Made by a program: the position numbers and the translations under genes. From Cyanophora paradoxa CCMP329 (Eukaryota > Plantae > Glaucophyta), in contig QPMI01000197.1 of NCBI GenBank assembly GCA_004431415.1, positions 1-64,000 on the forward strand: a stretch of DNA of 64,000 nucleotides, given 5' to 3'. The notes under the pieces are model-generated. The model saw only the letters and a list, made by a program, of their open reading frames with translations, searched no databases and was not told where the DNA came from. This document shows positions 1 through 12,182 of this stretch, piece after piece (position 1 is the first letter of the stretch; each line of letters opens with the position of its first letter).

Positions 1-1115
1 CCCGCCCGCGCCCCCGCCCGCGCTGCGCGCCGGCGCCCCGCGCAGGAGGCCGCGCGGCGCCGCCGGCGGGCGCCCTGAACGCGAGGGGACGACGCCGCGA
101 CGCCGCCGACGCCGTCCGCCGAGCCGAGCGGTCCGTGCACCCCGCCCGCGCCCCCCGCCCCGCTGCGCGCCGCGCCCGCCGCAGGGGCCGCGCGCCGCCG
201 CGCCCTGAACGACGAGGGACGACGCCCGACGCCGCGCGCCGTCCGCCGACGCCGAGCGAGTCCGTGCAGCCCGCCCGCGCCCCCGCCCGCGCTGCGCGCC
301 GGCCCCGCCGCAGGAGGCCGCGCGCGCCGCCGGCGGGCGGCCCTGAACGCGAGGGACGACGCCGCGACGCCGCGACGCCGTCCGCCGACGCGAGCGAGTC
401 CGTGCAGCCCCGCCCGCGCCCCCCGCGCCGCGCTGCGCGCCGGCGCCCGCCGCAGGAGGCCGCCGGCGCCGCGGCGGGCCCTGAACGCGAGGGACGACGC
501 CGCGACGCCGCCGACGCCGTCGCCGACGCCGAGCGAGTCCGTGCAGCCCGCCGCCCCCCGCCCGCGCTGCGCGCCGGCGCCCGCCGCAGAGGCGCGCGGC
601 GCGCCGGCGGCGCCCTGAACGCGAGGGCGACGCCGCGACGCCGCCGACGCGTCCGCCGACGCCGAGCGAGTCCTGCAGCCCGCCGCGCCCCGCCCGCGCT
701 GCGCGCCGGCGCCCCGCCGCAGGAGCCGCGCGCGCCGCGCGGGCGCCCTGAACGCGAGGGACGACGCCGCGACGCGCCGACGCCGTCGCCGACGCCGAGC
801 GAGTCCGTGCAGCCGCCCGCGCCCCCGCCGCGCTGGCGCGGCGCCCCGCCGCAGGAGGCCGCGCGGCGCCGCCGGCGGCGCCTGAACGCGAGGACGACGC
901 GCGACGCCGCCGACGCCGTCCGCCGACGCGAGCGAGTCGTGCAGCCCCGCCCGCGCCCCCCGCCCGCGCTGCGCGCCGGCGCCCGCCGCAGGAGGCCGCG
1001 CGCGCCGCCGGCGGGCGCCCTGACGCGAGGGGACGACGCCGCGACGCCGCCGACGCCGTCCGCGACGCCGAGCGAGTCCGTGCAGCCCCGCCCCGCCCCC
1101 GCCCGCGCTGCGCGC
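1..1115. repeat. GC-rich tandem repeat, unit about 135-140 bp, about 8 degenerate copies (continues off the left edge)
   Basis: The block ccctgaacgcgagggacgacgccgcgacgccgccgacgccgtc...gagcgagtccgtgcagccc recurs about every 135-140 bp. The many 1-bp indels between units suggest degeneration or long-read error. Confidence 0.9.
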
Positions 1116-1166
1116 ACAAGCTCTGCAATGCATTCAGATTCAGAGTTTCACATTCAGAACACAAGT

Positions 1167-2119
1167 CTACAGGCTCGCTCCGAGAAGCTGCCCCCGTATA
1201 ATTTCTAGCGCTATACGCTCCCGGAAGTATCTCTGTCTTCTGGCTGAAAGCGTCAGTCCGTCGCCGACAATGAAGCATTCATCACCGGTTGAGACATAAT
1301 CAGCAAATAAGCACATGAACACTCCGCAGCTGTTCCCGTCGGTCTGTAAAAAATAGTGAATATTATGATAAGCTCGGATTTCGAGGCAAATACCTGTAGT
1401 GGGACCTGTTCAATGAAGGTGCCACAACACGCCAATTCGAGAGATCCAGAGGGGCATTTTTCTTGTGGTTGTGCTCATCTTGTAGCCAGCGCCTTAAGTT
1501 CTGGAATACAAATCAATGTTTTCTTGGAGCGAAAGAACTGTACTGCACACTGCACATTGGACTGCCCCACTTCCGTAATATCCATCATAGTATAGAATCT
1601 GAAACACGAAAGATTGAAATTAAACAAAAAAAGTAAGAAAGTACAGGACACCTGCTTTTCGTTGAAGTCAATGACGGCCAATGTCCAGTGTGTGCTGTTA
1701 AGGTTTATTGGGCAGATAACGCGGTCCATTGAGAAGATGTCCACCTGCACGCGTGATTTCGAATTCGATTAAAACTCAAGATTTTGAGAATGAACACCTT
1801 ATCCACCGTCCAATCCTTCACCCTATTGAAATCATACGTAGGCACTGTTAATCGCGTGTAGAAGAACGAATGCCATATATGACACTGGTGCAAAAAAGAA
1901 GAGATCGATCGGCATCGCCCAGACGAAAAGAATGAATCACTTGAATCTTACTTTCAAAGGAAGCGGTGGGTGGGCAAGAGCGTTCCGACGAGCAAGCAGG
2001 CCCATGTAAAAGTTGACAATCTCATCGTCCAGCCATTCAGTTCGCGAAGTTTCCGAAGATGCTCGCGAGAGACTATCAAAAATCCAAAACGGGGAACGTG
2101 GACTCAACAATAATGTCAT
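1167..2119 (-). CDS. Ulp1/SENP1-like SUMO protease catalytic domain (peptidase C48), multi-exon
   Basis: Spliced exons give EWLDDEIVNFYMGLL / HSFFYTRL / VDIFSMDRVICPINLNSTHWTLAVIDFNEKQ / ILYYDG / NLRRWLQDEH / TDGNSCGVFMCLFADY / RYFRERIALEIIRGQLL, with the stop at 1167-1169. Catalytic His, Asp and Cys are present. Confidence 0.9.
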
Positions 2120-2723
2120 TAATTGGACCGATCATCGAAGCCTTGACACGCTCTTTTTCTTCGCTGCACCACTTTACAAGTAAGGTGAGATATATGCTCC
2201 AAAACAATTCCCAATCAACGTACGATAAAAGTCGGCGCTTTCTGAAAAACCAAGCCCGCCACTAACTCCCGCCCATCGCTGCTTTGTTTGTTTTCCACCC
2301 TCGATCTTGGGAGAAAAAACAAAGGTCAGGCGAAGCATATCTCTTTAGGGAAATCTCTCTCTCTTTCTCGAAAATTCAAGAAAACAGGTCCTACTGGCTC
2401 TTTCCGGACGCTGTCGAGCTAGGAGTCTTCGTCGCTGTCGTACACTCTGCGCTATATTCAATTCAGTGAAGCAAAGAAGAACATGGAGCGGCCACGCCTC
2501 GCCTGCACGGGACAGGTGTTTCACATGTAATCTCGAAGAAATCCGCAACGGAAGCACCTGTTGAGTACGGAATCACTATACATAGCGACAAAACAAAACG
2601 TATCAAACAAAGACGGACCCGACGGAACCTCGCCAGGACATTCATCAACAAACACCTTCTGATATTCCTGCCGCTTCATGTCCATGAAGTTCTTGTTCGT
2701 GCCTGACGTTCCCTTCAAGAACT

Positions 2724-3218
2724 TCACGTTGTTTTTAAAGTCCTCGCTTTCTTTCCAGTGAGAGATATCCCTGGGTCGATTTCGCGAGCGACACAGTCAA
2801 TGAAAAACACGATCCAGGGTCCACACTGGTACGAATCGCGTTGAAGACAACCCTCAGATGTTTCGTCCACGATCGAAAATTCATTGAAAGCCGCTGAAAG
2901 AGACGATCGCAATGCAGAATCCACCGTGTATTGAAGCGAGTCGAACCAGCGAATCTGCTTCTTGACCCTGTCGAAGACGAGAAGACTCCAGTGTTGCCCC
3001 GTGGCACCATGCACGACATTGTCACCCTGAGCAATCGGCAAAAAACAAAGCTTCCAGGGTCGATCGCGGTTGTTCATGATTTGGCGGTTCTTCATTGGTT
3101 CGCGGGTTGCGAGATTGTTGAACACTTCTTTCGCTTCGATCATACTGAGACCTAGGAAAAGAACGACTTCATCATGTATTATCAATTTCTTCAGCCGATG
3201 CGCTGCCGCGAAGTCCAA
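2724..3218 (-). CDS. Second peptidase C48 domain, SENP8/DEN1 (NEDD8-protease)-like
   Basis: FLPIAQ...GQHWSLLVFDRVKKQIRWFDS...QRDSYQCGPW contains the His/Asp/Gln/Cys catalytic set. The GxHWSLLV motif resembles SENP8/NEDP1. It may be part of one spliced gene running from about 4138 to 1167. Confidence 0.8.
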   Translation of the reverse strand: MDFAAAHRLKKLIIHDEVVLFLGLSMIEAKEVFNNLATREPMKNRQIMNNRDRPWKLCFLPIAQGDNVVHGATGQHWSLLVFDRVKKQIRWFDSLQYTVDSALRSSLSAAFNEFSIVDETSEGCLQRDSYQCGPWIVFFIDCVAREIDPGISLTGKKARTLKTT

Positions 3219-3503
3219 ATGGCAGTCCTGAAATCCAAAATGGAGTCAGTGGTGCACCCTATACCAGTAAACAAATCATGCTCGCACCCTATACCAGCGA
3301 TCACTACCTGAAGGGACTGATTCCGTTGGGTACTCGTCCGTGAAGCTCTTTGTATATGTGGTTCCAAACGGAACTTGTTCTCGCGGGCCGGTTACGGTAT
3401 CAAACGACTTAACTGCAGCTTCCTCCGATCTACAGCAAGACATGAGAGGTTATGAGAACGGTTCAGAAACGGTTTCAAGCCGCACGAGGACGGCTGATCG
3501 ACG

Positions 3504-3980
3504 CCAGGACTGACGAAAACGTAAGACATGAGAGCAATCAAGAGAGGGAATTGCATGCACGTTTCCAGCGATGGGGGCTTGTTCACGGTGGGGCTCTCGC
3601 GAATGACTTTCTTGTCCGCCGAGCTTGGGCCAGCAGCATACGGAGCACCCGCCGTGCTAACAAATTATGTAAGACCGTCTTAATGGGTCTGAACATTGTC
3701 CTTTGCCGCACCTGGACGCCTGGTGGAAGCCAGGACTGAAGACAACATAAGACATGAGAGCAATCAAGAGAGGGAATTGCATGCACGTTTCCAGCGATGG
3801 GGGCTTGTTCACGGTGGGGCTCTCGCGAATGACTTTCTTGTCCGCCGAGCTTGGGCCAGCAGCATACGGAGCACCCGCCGTGCTAACAAATTATGTAAGA
3901 CCGTCTTAATGGGTCTGAACATTGTCCTTTGCCGCACCTGGACGCCTGGTGGAAGCCAGGACTGAAGACAACATAAGACA
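3504..3980. repeat. 226-bp direct tandem duplication (about 2.1 copies)
   Basis: ccaggactga...aagaca begins at about 3504, 3730 and 3956. ORFs 3452..3739 and 3696..3965 share an identical C-terminal sequence. Confidence 0.95.
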
Positions 3981-4983
3981 AAAAACGCGTGGACAGAAAC
4001 AAAACGCACGCACGTTTCGAGCGGCCTTTTGGATGCCTTTTTCGGAGATTGTGCCGGAAAGAGGGGCCTTTGCCTTTGAGGAGTTGCAACAGCAAGCTCT
4101 TTAAGTTTCTGACGCCGCGCGAGGATGGATTCGCTCATTCGTTTCCGCCGCTCGACAGCCTCCTCCTCTTGCTCTGGTGTCGCAACTATTGACGCTGCGG
4201 AAGCGGTCGAAGCCGAATCAAAACAGATGGTGCTGCACCGCGCACCACAACTAGCAGGAAGCTTCGACTGAAGTTCAGTGCATGTCGAAGCATCAACACG
4301 TGCGCCTTCGACGTCAGCATCAACGATGTCGGGGCGAGCTACGAAGGGCGGTAGAAGCGGGAGCGGTCAGCATCAAGGGAACGCGCCCCATTCCCAGCGT
4401 GGCCGATATACGTATACGCTCACCATTCCTCGGCGTTCCAGGATCCGAGACAGATGCATCACCAGTACCTACGGAACGCTCAAACGCACGGATGCTGGAA
4501 AACGCGAAACCCGCCATGCGGCGGCTTGATGCCCGCTCACTTGCTCTCTGTGTTGATCCTTTCGCTGGAAAGGAAGCCCGCCCACTTATCAGACCGCCAC
4601 TCTCGTCCGAATGAACATCACCTAAAGACGGGCATCAGCCAACCGCGGGACACAATGCGAGCAGAATCTGAACCTTCAGCCTGCATGGCTAACAAACATG
4701 CTGCGCGAGCTGCGTCGTCCAACTGCCCGCGCGCGCGGGGAATCGACTGACTTCACCTAATGTAATATGTACCCCCATCATTAAATAAAATATTTATTAA
4801 ATAGAATACTTTTCGATCTGAAGAAACACTTTTCATGCTTTTGGTTTTCAGATTGTACATCAGATTCATTTGCAAGATCAGATTTTGTTGCGGTACAATT
4901 CATCTCAATCCTTCTGGACCTAAAATCTACAATCTGGATCCGGAGCAGTTTGAAGCAACACTTCATTCAAAAAAGACTTCATT

Positions 4984-7572
4984 CTACAGGTACAGCTGTG
5001 GAGCAGATTGTAGAGACACTGCATCAGGGCCATCTTGGAAATGTACATTGCAGCTTGGAAGAGTTTCCTTAAGAATGACATCACGAATGTGTAGCACTGC
5101 ATGTTTAATGAAATGAATATGGCAATCTACTCCGGGTCTGCGAGCTATATCTTCGAGTGCCGAAAAGCGTTCCACAAAATCTCGCTTGCTAAAGTCCGAC
5201 GCTCTATCGCAGCATACAAAAACATTCATGAATCGGATGTTGCTGCAGTGTTGCCTGAGTGCAAAAAATTCTTCCCAAGACGGAAGCCACGAGATCCGAA
5301 CGAAATCCGTGATTCCCCAGGCGAAGAGCCTGTTGCTGACAAAGTTGTTAAGAAGATGAGATGAAATGTTTCGGTCGGCTTGTACGAGAAACTCGGATTC
5401 GAATTGCCCATAACCGTTCGAATTTACCAGGACTGGAGCTCGATGTTCGATTGTTAATAAAATTCGTCTGAGTCCACTTGTGTAGCGCACGACAGACGAA
5501 AGTTGGTCCAGTCTCGCACGAATACGTTTCCCACATCCTCTGATATTCACCGAGATTTGTTGAATTTTCTTGATTGAAATCGACGATGACAATGCAGTGA
5601 AAGTTTCGATTCCGCAATGTTCAGATGCTGAATGAGTGCATGTATAATCGCGTGACTTCTTGATATGCGCAAAGGTGCACGCGCATGATGTTGATATAAC
5701 CGAAATGTCGGTTATAACCAATGCCGGCCTTGCGAAGAGCATGTCAAAAAGAGAGGCCAGAGAGAGAGGAAAGCCCTGCAACTCGACTGATCGCATTTTC
5801 GGAGTCTTCTGCTTTTTAATATAAGAACGACGGAAAACGTGCGATTTGTAGTGGCTTACGGATGCGATTCTAGCAACCGACTCCAGCGACGATCTTGCAA
5901 TTCGTTCGGCAGAAAGGTTGCGCATCCGGGTACACTTCACAGAAAGATGCTCCAGTGACGAGATATCGGCATTTCGCAAGTGGAGATCGTTCGAAACGCG
6001 ATACAGCATGTCTGAAACTGAAAACGGCGCAGTAGAAATCATAATGATGCCATAAAAATGATGGTACATGCCAAGCGAACCCGTATGAAGCCGTTTAAGA
6101 GTTGCAATGCTGAGAATGATTTGAAGTGCGTTATCGAGGTCCACAATGCTTGTGAATCGGGCATCGTCCACGAATATCCCAAGCTCCTTTTGCGAGAAAG
6201 TGTCAACGTCCGACGGTCAACGTGATGTGTCACAATGTTCACAAATGTACCTCCAAATTCCGAAACGACTCTGAGATAGCGCATGCAACGGCGCACACAA
6301 GCGGTTGAGAGGTGTATGAAAAAGCATCCTCTTCGCAAAGGTTCGATTGCAACCTTCCGTCGCCCGTTTTATACAAATCTGCATTTCCATTTATTCATAC
6401 AAAAGCAAGTCGCAATACTTAAAACGCTCACATCCGTAGTGCGTGTGAACACTCCCAATCCACATCGAAAATGACTTGATTGCAGGGATGCATTTCGCAA
6501 GAGACCGCACACGTTCACAGTCCATATAAATTGAACGCCCAAAATCAAGCTTCTGGAGAAGTCGAAGTTTTTGAAGCGATTGAAGTATTTGGTTCCATTG
6601 GCTCATTGCTGCCGTCTCCGTATTAGCATTGGAAGTATACTCACTTTCTGGAAAGAAGCACACATGGAGGAACTCTGAAATCACGAGCAACAATTGTTGG
6701 TGTTGTTGTTGACGCATCTTTGTAGAGCACGTATGACTGAGAAGGTGGGGGACTTGTGTATTCCTTATGAACACTGATATTGATGACCAGATTAACAAGT
6801 GTGTTGGATGAGGACAACGAGGCAGCTTCAATGACAGACGCAATGTACTTGTTTCGAAATTGCACAGCTGTCTCGTTGGTCGTTGGTGTAGGTGGCGAAC
6901 TGAAAATTCCATTCCAATTAATCATGAGGAAATCGCCGTGAACGATCTTCAAGTCGGTGAGCTCCAACCGTTTCACAAGCAATGGAATCTGATAGATATG
7001 ATCAGAAGATCAGAAGATGTCAAGATATTGAAACGTGTGCGGACTTTCTTTAAGTAAAAGGACCCAATCGAAGCAATTATGTCTAGTCGTCGGCTTTGGA
7101 AGCCATAGTTGCAAGCTCGATTGATCCAGACTGTGAGAAGGTTTTGAAATGAATCGTCGAATGTCTTGTCGTTTCTAGAATTGACTAGTCCTTGGCACTG
7201 CTCTCGCTTTGGTTTGATCCCGAACAATGTAGGAAACGCATCCTGAAGGTACAAGTTTGGTGAGGTAACGGTGCCAGACACCGCTCGGTAGTCTTGACAG
7301 AGTTTTCGCGACCAGAGAGGAAATCGACAAGTTCCCCAAAAATCCACAGCATCTTGGGCAAGAAAGAACAAAATCTTGACAACGATTTCCGTCGGAAGTT
7401 GCTCAAAAACATGTTCAATGATGTGCTTTTCAGAACTGTCATCCTCGCCCAATTTGCGTTTTGCACTGCAGGAAATGTTATGACCAGAAGTGGAACGAAC
7501 AAGCAGAAGCGGAAGCGGCAGACCAGGGATTCGGCAAAGATATCGCCTTGGATCGGATTCTACTGTTGGCAA
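4984..7572 (-). CDS. Putative F-box protein with a degenerate LRR-like C-terminal region (multi-exon; ORFs 6973..7572, 6391..6912, 4984..6171)
   Basis: VFEQLPTEIVVKILFFL matches the F-box core LPxEIxxxIxxxL. Downstream co-oriented ORFs have leucine-periodic segments (LQSLQKLRLLQKLDFG, ISSLEHLSV). Joining these ORFs into one gene is inferred. Confidence 0.55.
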
Positions 7573-7714
7573 CAGTCCTGAAGGATCCGGAGGGAAACAG
7601 TCAACGAATGCAAGAAGTCAGAACGAAATTTCTAGTACCGCTTTATCTGACTGGCTTGTCCTGCAGGGATAATCCCACAAGTCGAAGTCTTAGATGCAAC
7701 AACGGGACTCGTAG

Positions 7715-8015
7715 TCACAGCAGCTTGTTTCAGTTTCTGCCGCCGCGCGAGGATGTCTTCGCTCATTCGTTTCCGCCGCTCGATAGCTTCCTCCTCTTGC
7801 TCTGGTGTCGCAACCATAGACGCTGCGGAAGCAGTCAAACCCCGGTAGCGCCGGCTAATCAGAGGCGGTTGTGCTGCCCCGCGCACCAAAAAGGGCAGGA
7901 AGCTTCGACTGAAGATCAGCGCATGTCGGTACATCAACACGTGCGCCTTCTACGTGCGCCACACGGGAATCCATTCGCGCGCTGGCAGCCCCAACGTTGC
8001 CGTGGCGAGCTACGC
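7715..8015. repeat. Dispersed paralogous segment (copy of about 4085-4350) preceding both cargo genes
   Basis: The minus-strand translation MSEDILARRQKLKQAAVTT here matches MSESILARRQKLKELAVAT at 4138. The DNA ttcgctcattcgtttccgccgctcga...cctcctcttgctctggtgtcgcaac is shared. Confidence 0.85.
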
Positions 8016-8786
8016 AGGCGCCGGATGCACGGGCTCACTGTTTACCGCCGATCGCGGCTGAAAGCGAGCTCACCGTCCACACCGTTCACAGCCGCTGGCC
8101 AGCGTGCAGTTCAAAATCTCTGGGGTACGCTTCGGGTACATTGCGGGTACAATGCTTGCAACCAGCAGGGTACTTGATCTTTTGTATTTCGCGCCACCTG
8201 TTGAGGAAATCTCGAAGGCGCCGATGTCGGAAGGAGATCCTCACGCTGATGATGACCGTTCATCACCCTCGTAAGCATAGCGCTCTAGCCGATGAATGCG
8301 CCCGAGTTCTAACCAAGTAACCTGATTGGACGATGCGCAGTTTCAACATCGATATTGCAGACGAACAAGACAGGTTCAGTGACGATTCTTCGTTGGTCGA
8401 CCATCGTGACTCGTACGCAGGACTCCTCCCCGTTCGTCTCCAGACGCCGACACGATGTTGTCTTCGCCTACAATGCTGCAGGTAATTATGAAACCTGTTC
8501 AAACACATCATGGGGGCCGGCCTGCTCAAACTAACTGCCGAAAGTGTATCGAACCCGAAACCGAGGGGTTCAAGCAACACTCGCTTGAGGGCGTGGACGA
8601 AGAGGATCAATCCGATTTTGAGATCGCCCGCTCTGCCGTAAGACCTTCTCCATTATTTTCTTCAAACTTCTGACGGGCCTGACGATCCGTCCATCTGCCA
8701 AGGATACTAAATGCAAGGGCGGCTCCTTTTGTCCAATCGTCAATGAACAGCCATGCAAGGATTGCTTTCTTTATCCCAAGTTTGTC

Positions 8787-9728
8787 GTGGATCCGGAACT
8801 CAAATTGCGTTTTCCCATCAATCGAGCAAAATGTGGATGCTGCTTGGCGCTTTCTCCGGAAGGTGAAACGCGTTTAGACGCTCACATCTACGGGCAAATC
8901 GGGTTTTGTGCTGGCACAAAGCTCTCTTCCGTCGACTCCTGCATCCGAATCCCACACGTCGCCGAATTTGAAGAGATTCACATTAACGATCCCACACGGA
9001 CGCAAGGAGACTTGCGCTGGATTCCAGTTCGACGCGAAGCGCGTTTTGGAAAATTTCAAAAGATCAGGCTTCGTCCCGCGATCGAACCAGGGCATCCAAA
9101 ACGCATCATGCTTGGAGACGCACAAGAGCCGGAACTCCTTCGTCTACAGGCTCCGACATATAAAAACTGGAAAGTTCTTGTCATCAATCCAAATTGTCAA
9201 CCGCAATCGTTTGCAGACCTCACTTCAAATCGCCAGTGCATACTCAAGGTGCATCACAAGAAGATGTTTCACAGCAGAGTTTCAAACGCTGATGATACGC
9301 AGCATCTTGCCGTCGAATACAATCAAGCTGCAAATGAATTCTACGTCGCTCGGAAGCAGAGCCGTGACAGAAAAGAATTCCTTTACCCGACTGCCATCAA
9401 CATCCTGCCGGCGCGAGAGAGCTTTCCGCTCACTATTCCTGGCATGTATAAGCTCAAATGCGATACACGAGATCAAGGACATAACCTTAAGCTTGCAGGA
9501 CACATCTATGCGGTTTGCGCACAATCAGCGCACAATCAGTTTTGCCGCATTCTGAGAGCGCATCAGATGATGAAGAGAATTCACGAAGTGGAAGACAATA
9601 TTTGGATGCCAGCACTTGAACGCGAAATCAATGCATACAATCTTCTTGTTATGGTCAGTAATTTGTTTCCATTTTATAAAATCCTTTTTTGCGACCCATT
9701 CGCATTCGCAGTTTATGCTACAGTATAG
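8787..9728 (+). CDS. Unknown protein, Cys-rich N-terminus (transposon cargo)
   Basis: 313-aa ORF in AT-richer DNA. The frame extends upstream through KCKGGSFCPIVNEQPCKDC into KCGCC. I do not recognise a family. Confidence 0.5.
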   Translation: MDPELKLRFPINRAKCGCCLALSPEGETRLDAHIYGQIGFCAGTKLSSVDSCIRIPHVAEFEEIHINDPTRTQGDLRWIPVRREARFGKFQKIRLRPAIEPGHPKRIMLGDAQEPELLRLQAPTYKNWKVLVINPNCQPQSFADLTSNRQCILKVHHKKMFHSRVSNADDTQHLAVEYNQAANEFYVARKQSRDRKEFLYPTAINILPARESFPLTIPGMYKLKCDTRDQGHNLKLAGHIYAVCAQSAHNQFCRILRAHQMMKRIHEVEDNIWMPALEREINAYNLLVMVSNLFPFYKILFCDPFAFAVYATV

Positions 9729-10109
9729 AGTGACTTGGGACTCAATTTCAAAGCATATCTTTCAACCACTTCGACTTTGTGACGACACAAACAAGTTCAA
9801 CCGCCTAGGATGTGTTTGTTACTTCACCAGCTCAGCGATGTGCGTTACGTACGCGCAATGTGTTCATTACTGGCGCTTTCCAATGTGTTGGTGGACATTG
9901 CAGGTCATCGAAACGAGGACGCGACAAAGTCGACGAACAGAATCGCAGCAAGAAGAAGCCGAATGCAAACTCTTGAACATTACCAAAAGAGAACTCACTC
10001 TCTCTCTCTCTGTATAAGTAGGGAAAAAACATTGTTTCTTGAGCCGGTAAACTCGAAATGTAACGGCAAAATATGAATCGGAAATGAAACTTGAGCCTGC
10101 ACGACAGTG

Positions 10110-12160
10110 TGAGCCACGACAAGGCCACTAGGGCTTCTAAAACAGCCTGCACGGCACTGGATGCTGATTTTCTCGTTGGCACTGAATCATGTTCTCATGA
10201 TCCGACAAATCTGAATATTCTTCTCATGAGTGCAGGGCTCAGTTGATCATCTCTTCATTGTCTCAAGGCCACAAGGGTTTCTGAAACAGCCTGCACGACA
10301 CTGGTTGCTGATTTTCGCGTTATCACCGAATGGTGTTCTCATGAACCGGCCAATGAAACTCTTAAAGCCTTAAAGGCTCAAATATTCTTCTCATGAGTGC
10401 AGGGCTAAGTTGATCATCTCTTCACTGGTTCAAGGCCACAAGGGCTTCTTTAACACCCTGCACGATACTGTTTGCTGATTTTCGCGTTATCACCGAATCA
10501 TGTTCTCATGATCCGACATATAAAGCCTCAAAGACCCAAATATTCTTCTCATGAGTGCAGGGCTCAGTTGATCATCTCTTCATAGTCTCAAGGCCACAAG
10601 GGTTTCTGAAACAGCCTGCACGACACTGGTTGCTGATTTTCGCGTTATCACCGAATGGTGTTCTCATGAACCGGCCAATGAAACTCTTAAAGCCTAAAGA
10701 CCCAAATATTCTTCTCATGAGTGCAGGGCTAAGTTGATCATCTCTTCACGGGCTCAAGGCCACAAGGGCTTCAAGAACAGCTTGCACGACACTGGTTGCT
10801 GATTTTCGCGTTATCACCGAATCATGGTCTCATGAACCGGCCAATGAAACCCTTAAAGACGAAACCCCCAGATATTCTTCTCCTGAGTGCAGGGCTTAGT
10901 TGATCATCTCTTCACTGGTTCAAGGCCACAAGGGCTTCTTAAACACCCTGCACGAAACTGGATGCTGATTTTCGCGTTATCACCGAATGGTGTTCTCATG
11001 AACCGGCCAATGAAACTCGTTAAGCCTAAAAACCCAAATATTCTTCTCATGAGTGCAGGGCTCAGTTGATCATCTCTTCACGGGGACAAGGCCACAAGGG
11101 CTTCTGAAACAGCCTGCACGACACTGGTTGCTTATTTTCGCGATATCGCCAAATCATGTTCATGATCAGCCTCAAATTATCTTTTCATGAGTGCAGGTTT
11201 TATTTGATCATCTCTTCACGGGCTCATGGCCACAAGGGCTTCTTAAACAGCCTGCACGGCACTGGATGCTGATTTTCTCGTTGGCACTGAATCATGTTCT
11301 CATGATCCGACAAATCTGAATATTCTTCAAGGCTTCTCATGAGTGCAGGGCTCAGTTTATCATCTCTTCATTGTCTCAAGGCCACAAGGGTTTCTGAAAC
11401 AGCCTGCACGACACTGGTTGCTGATTTTCGCGTTATCACCGAATGGTGTTCTCATGAACCGGCCAATGAAACTCTTAAAGCCTTAAAGGCTCAAATATTC
11501 TTCTCATGAGTGCAGGGCTTAGTTGATCATCTCTTCACGGGCTCAAGGCCACTAGGGCTTCTAAAACAGCCTGCACGGCACTGGATGCTGATTTTCTCGT
11601 TGGGACTGAATCATGTTCTCATGATCCGACAAATAAAGCCTCAAAGACCCAAATATTCTTCTCATGAGTGCAGGGCTCAGTTGATCATCTCTTCATAGTC
11701 TCAAGGCCACAAGGGTTTCTGAAACAGCCTGCACGACACTGGTTGCTGATTTTCGCGTTGGTGTTCTCATGAACCGGCCAATGAAACTCTTAAAACCTAA
11801 AGACCCAAATATTCTTCTCATGAGTGCAGGGCTCAGTTGATCATCTCTTCACGGGGACAAGGCCACAAGGGCTTCTGAAACAGCCTGCACGACACTGGTT
11901 GCTGATTTTCGCGATATCGCCAAATCATGTTCTCATGATCCGACAAATAAAGCCTTAAAGGCTCGAATATTCTTCTCATGAGTGCAGGGCTCAGTTGATC
12001 ATCTCTTCACTGGTTCAAGGCTACAAGGGCTTCTTTAACACCCTGCACGATACTGGTTGCTGATTTTCGCGTTATCACCGAATCATGTTCTCATAAACCT
12101 GCCAATGAAACTCGTTAAGCCTAAAGACCCAAATATTCTTCTCATGAGTGCAGGGCTCAG
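10110..12160. repeat. Internal satellite, about 12-13 units of about 140-170 bp
   Basis: The core ttcttctcatgagtgcagggct(c/a/t)agttgatcatctcttca recurs at about 10215, 10383, 10541, 10707, 10873, 11039, 11185, 11335, 11496, 11654, 11810, 11968 and 12134. The sequence between cores is also repeated. Confidence 0.95.
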
Positions 12161-12182
12161 TCAGAGAATGACCCTTGAATAT

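Noticed and set aside
135-1208. 357-aa ORF
   Set aside because: It is a translation of an indel-ridden GC-rich tandem repeat that switches peptide register between units.
10110-12160. CRISPR array
   Set aside because: The sequence between conserved cores is itself repeated (no unique spacers), the units are too long, there are no cas genes, and the context is eukaryotic.
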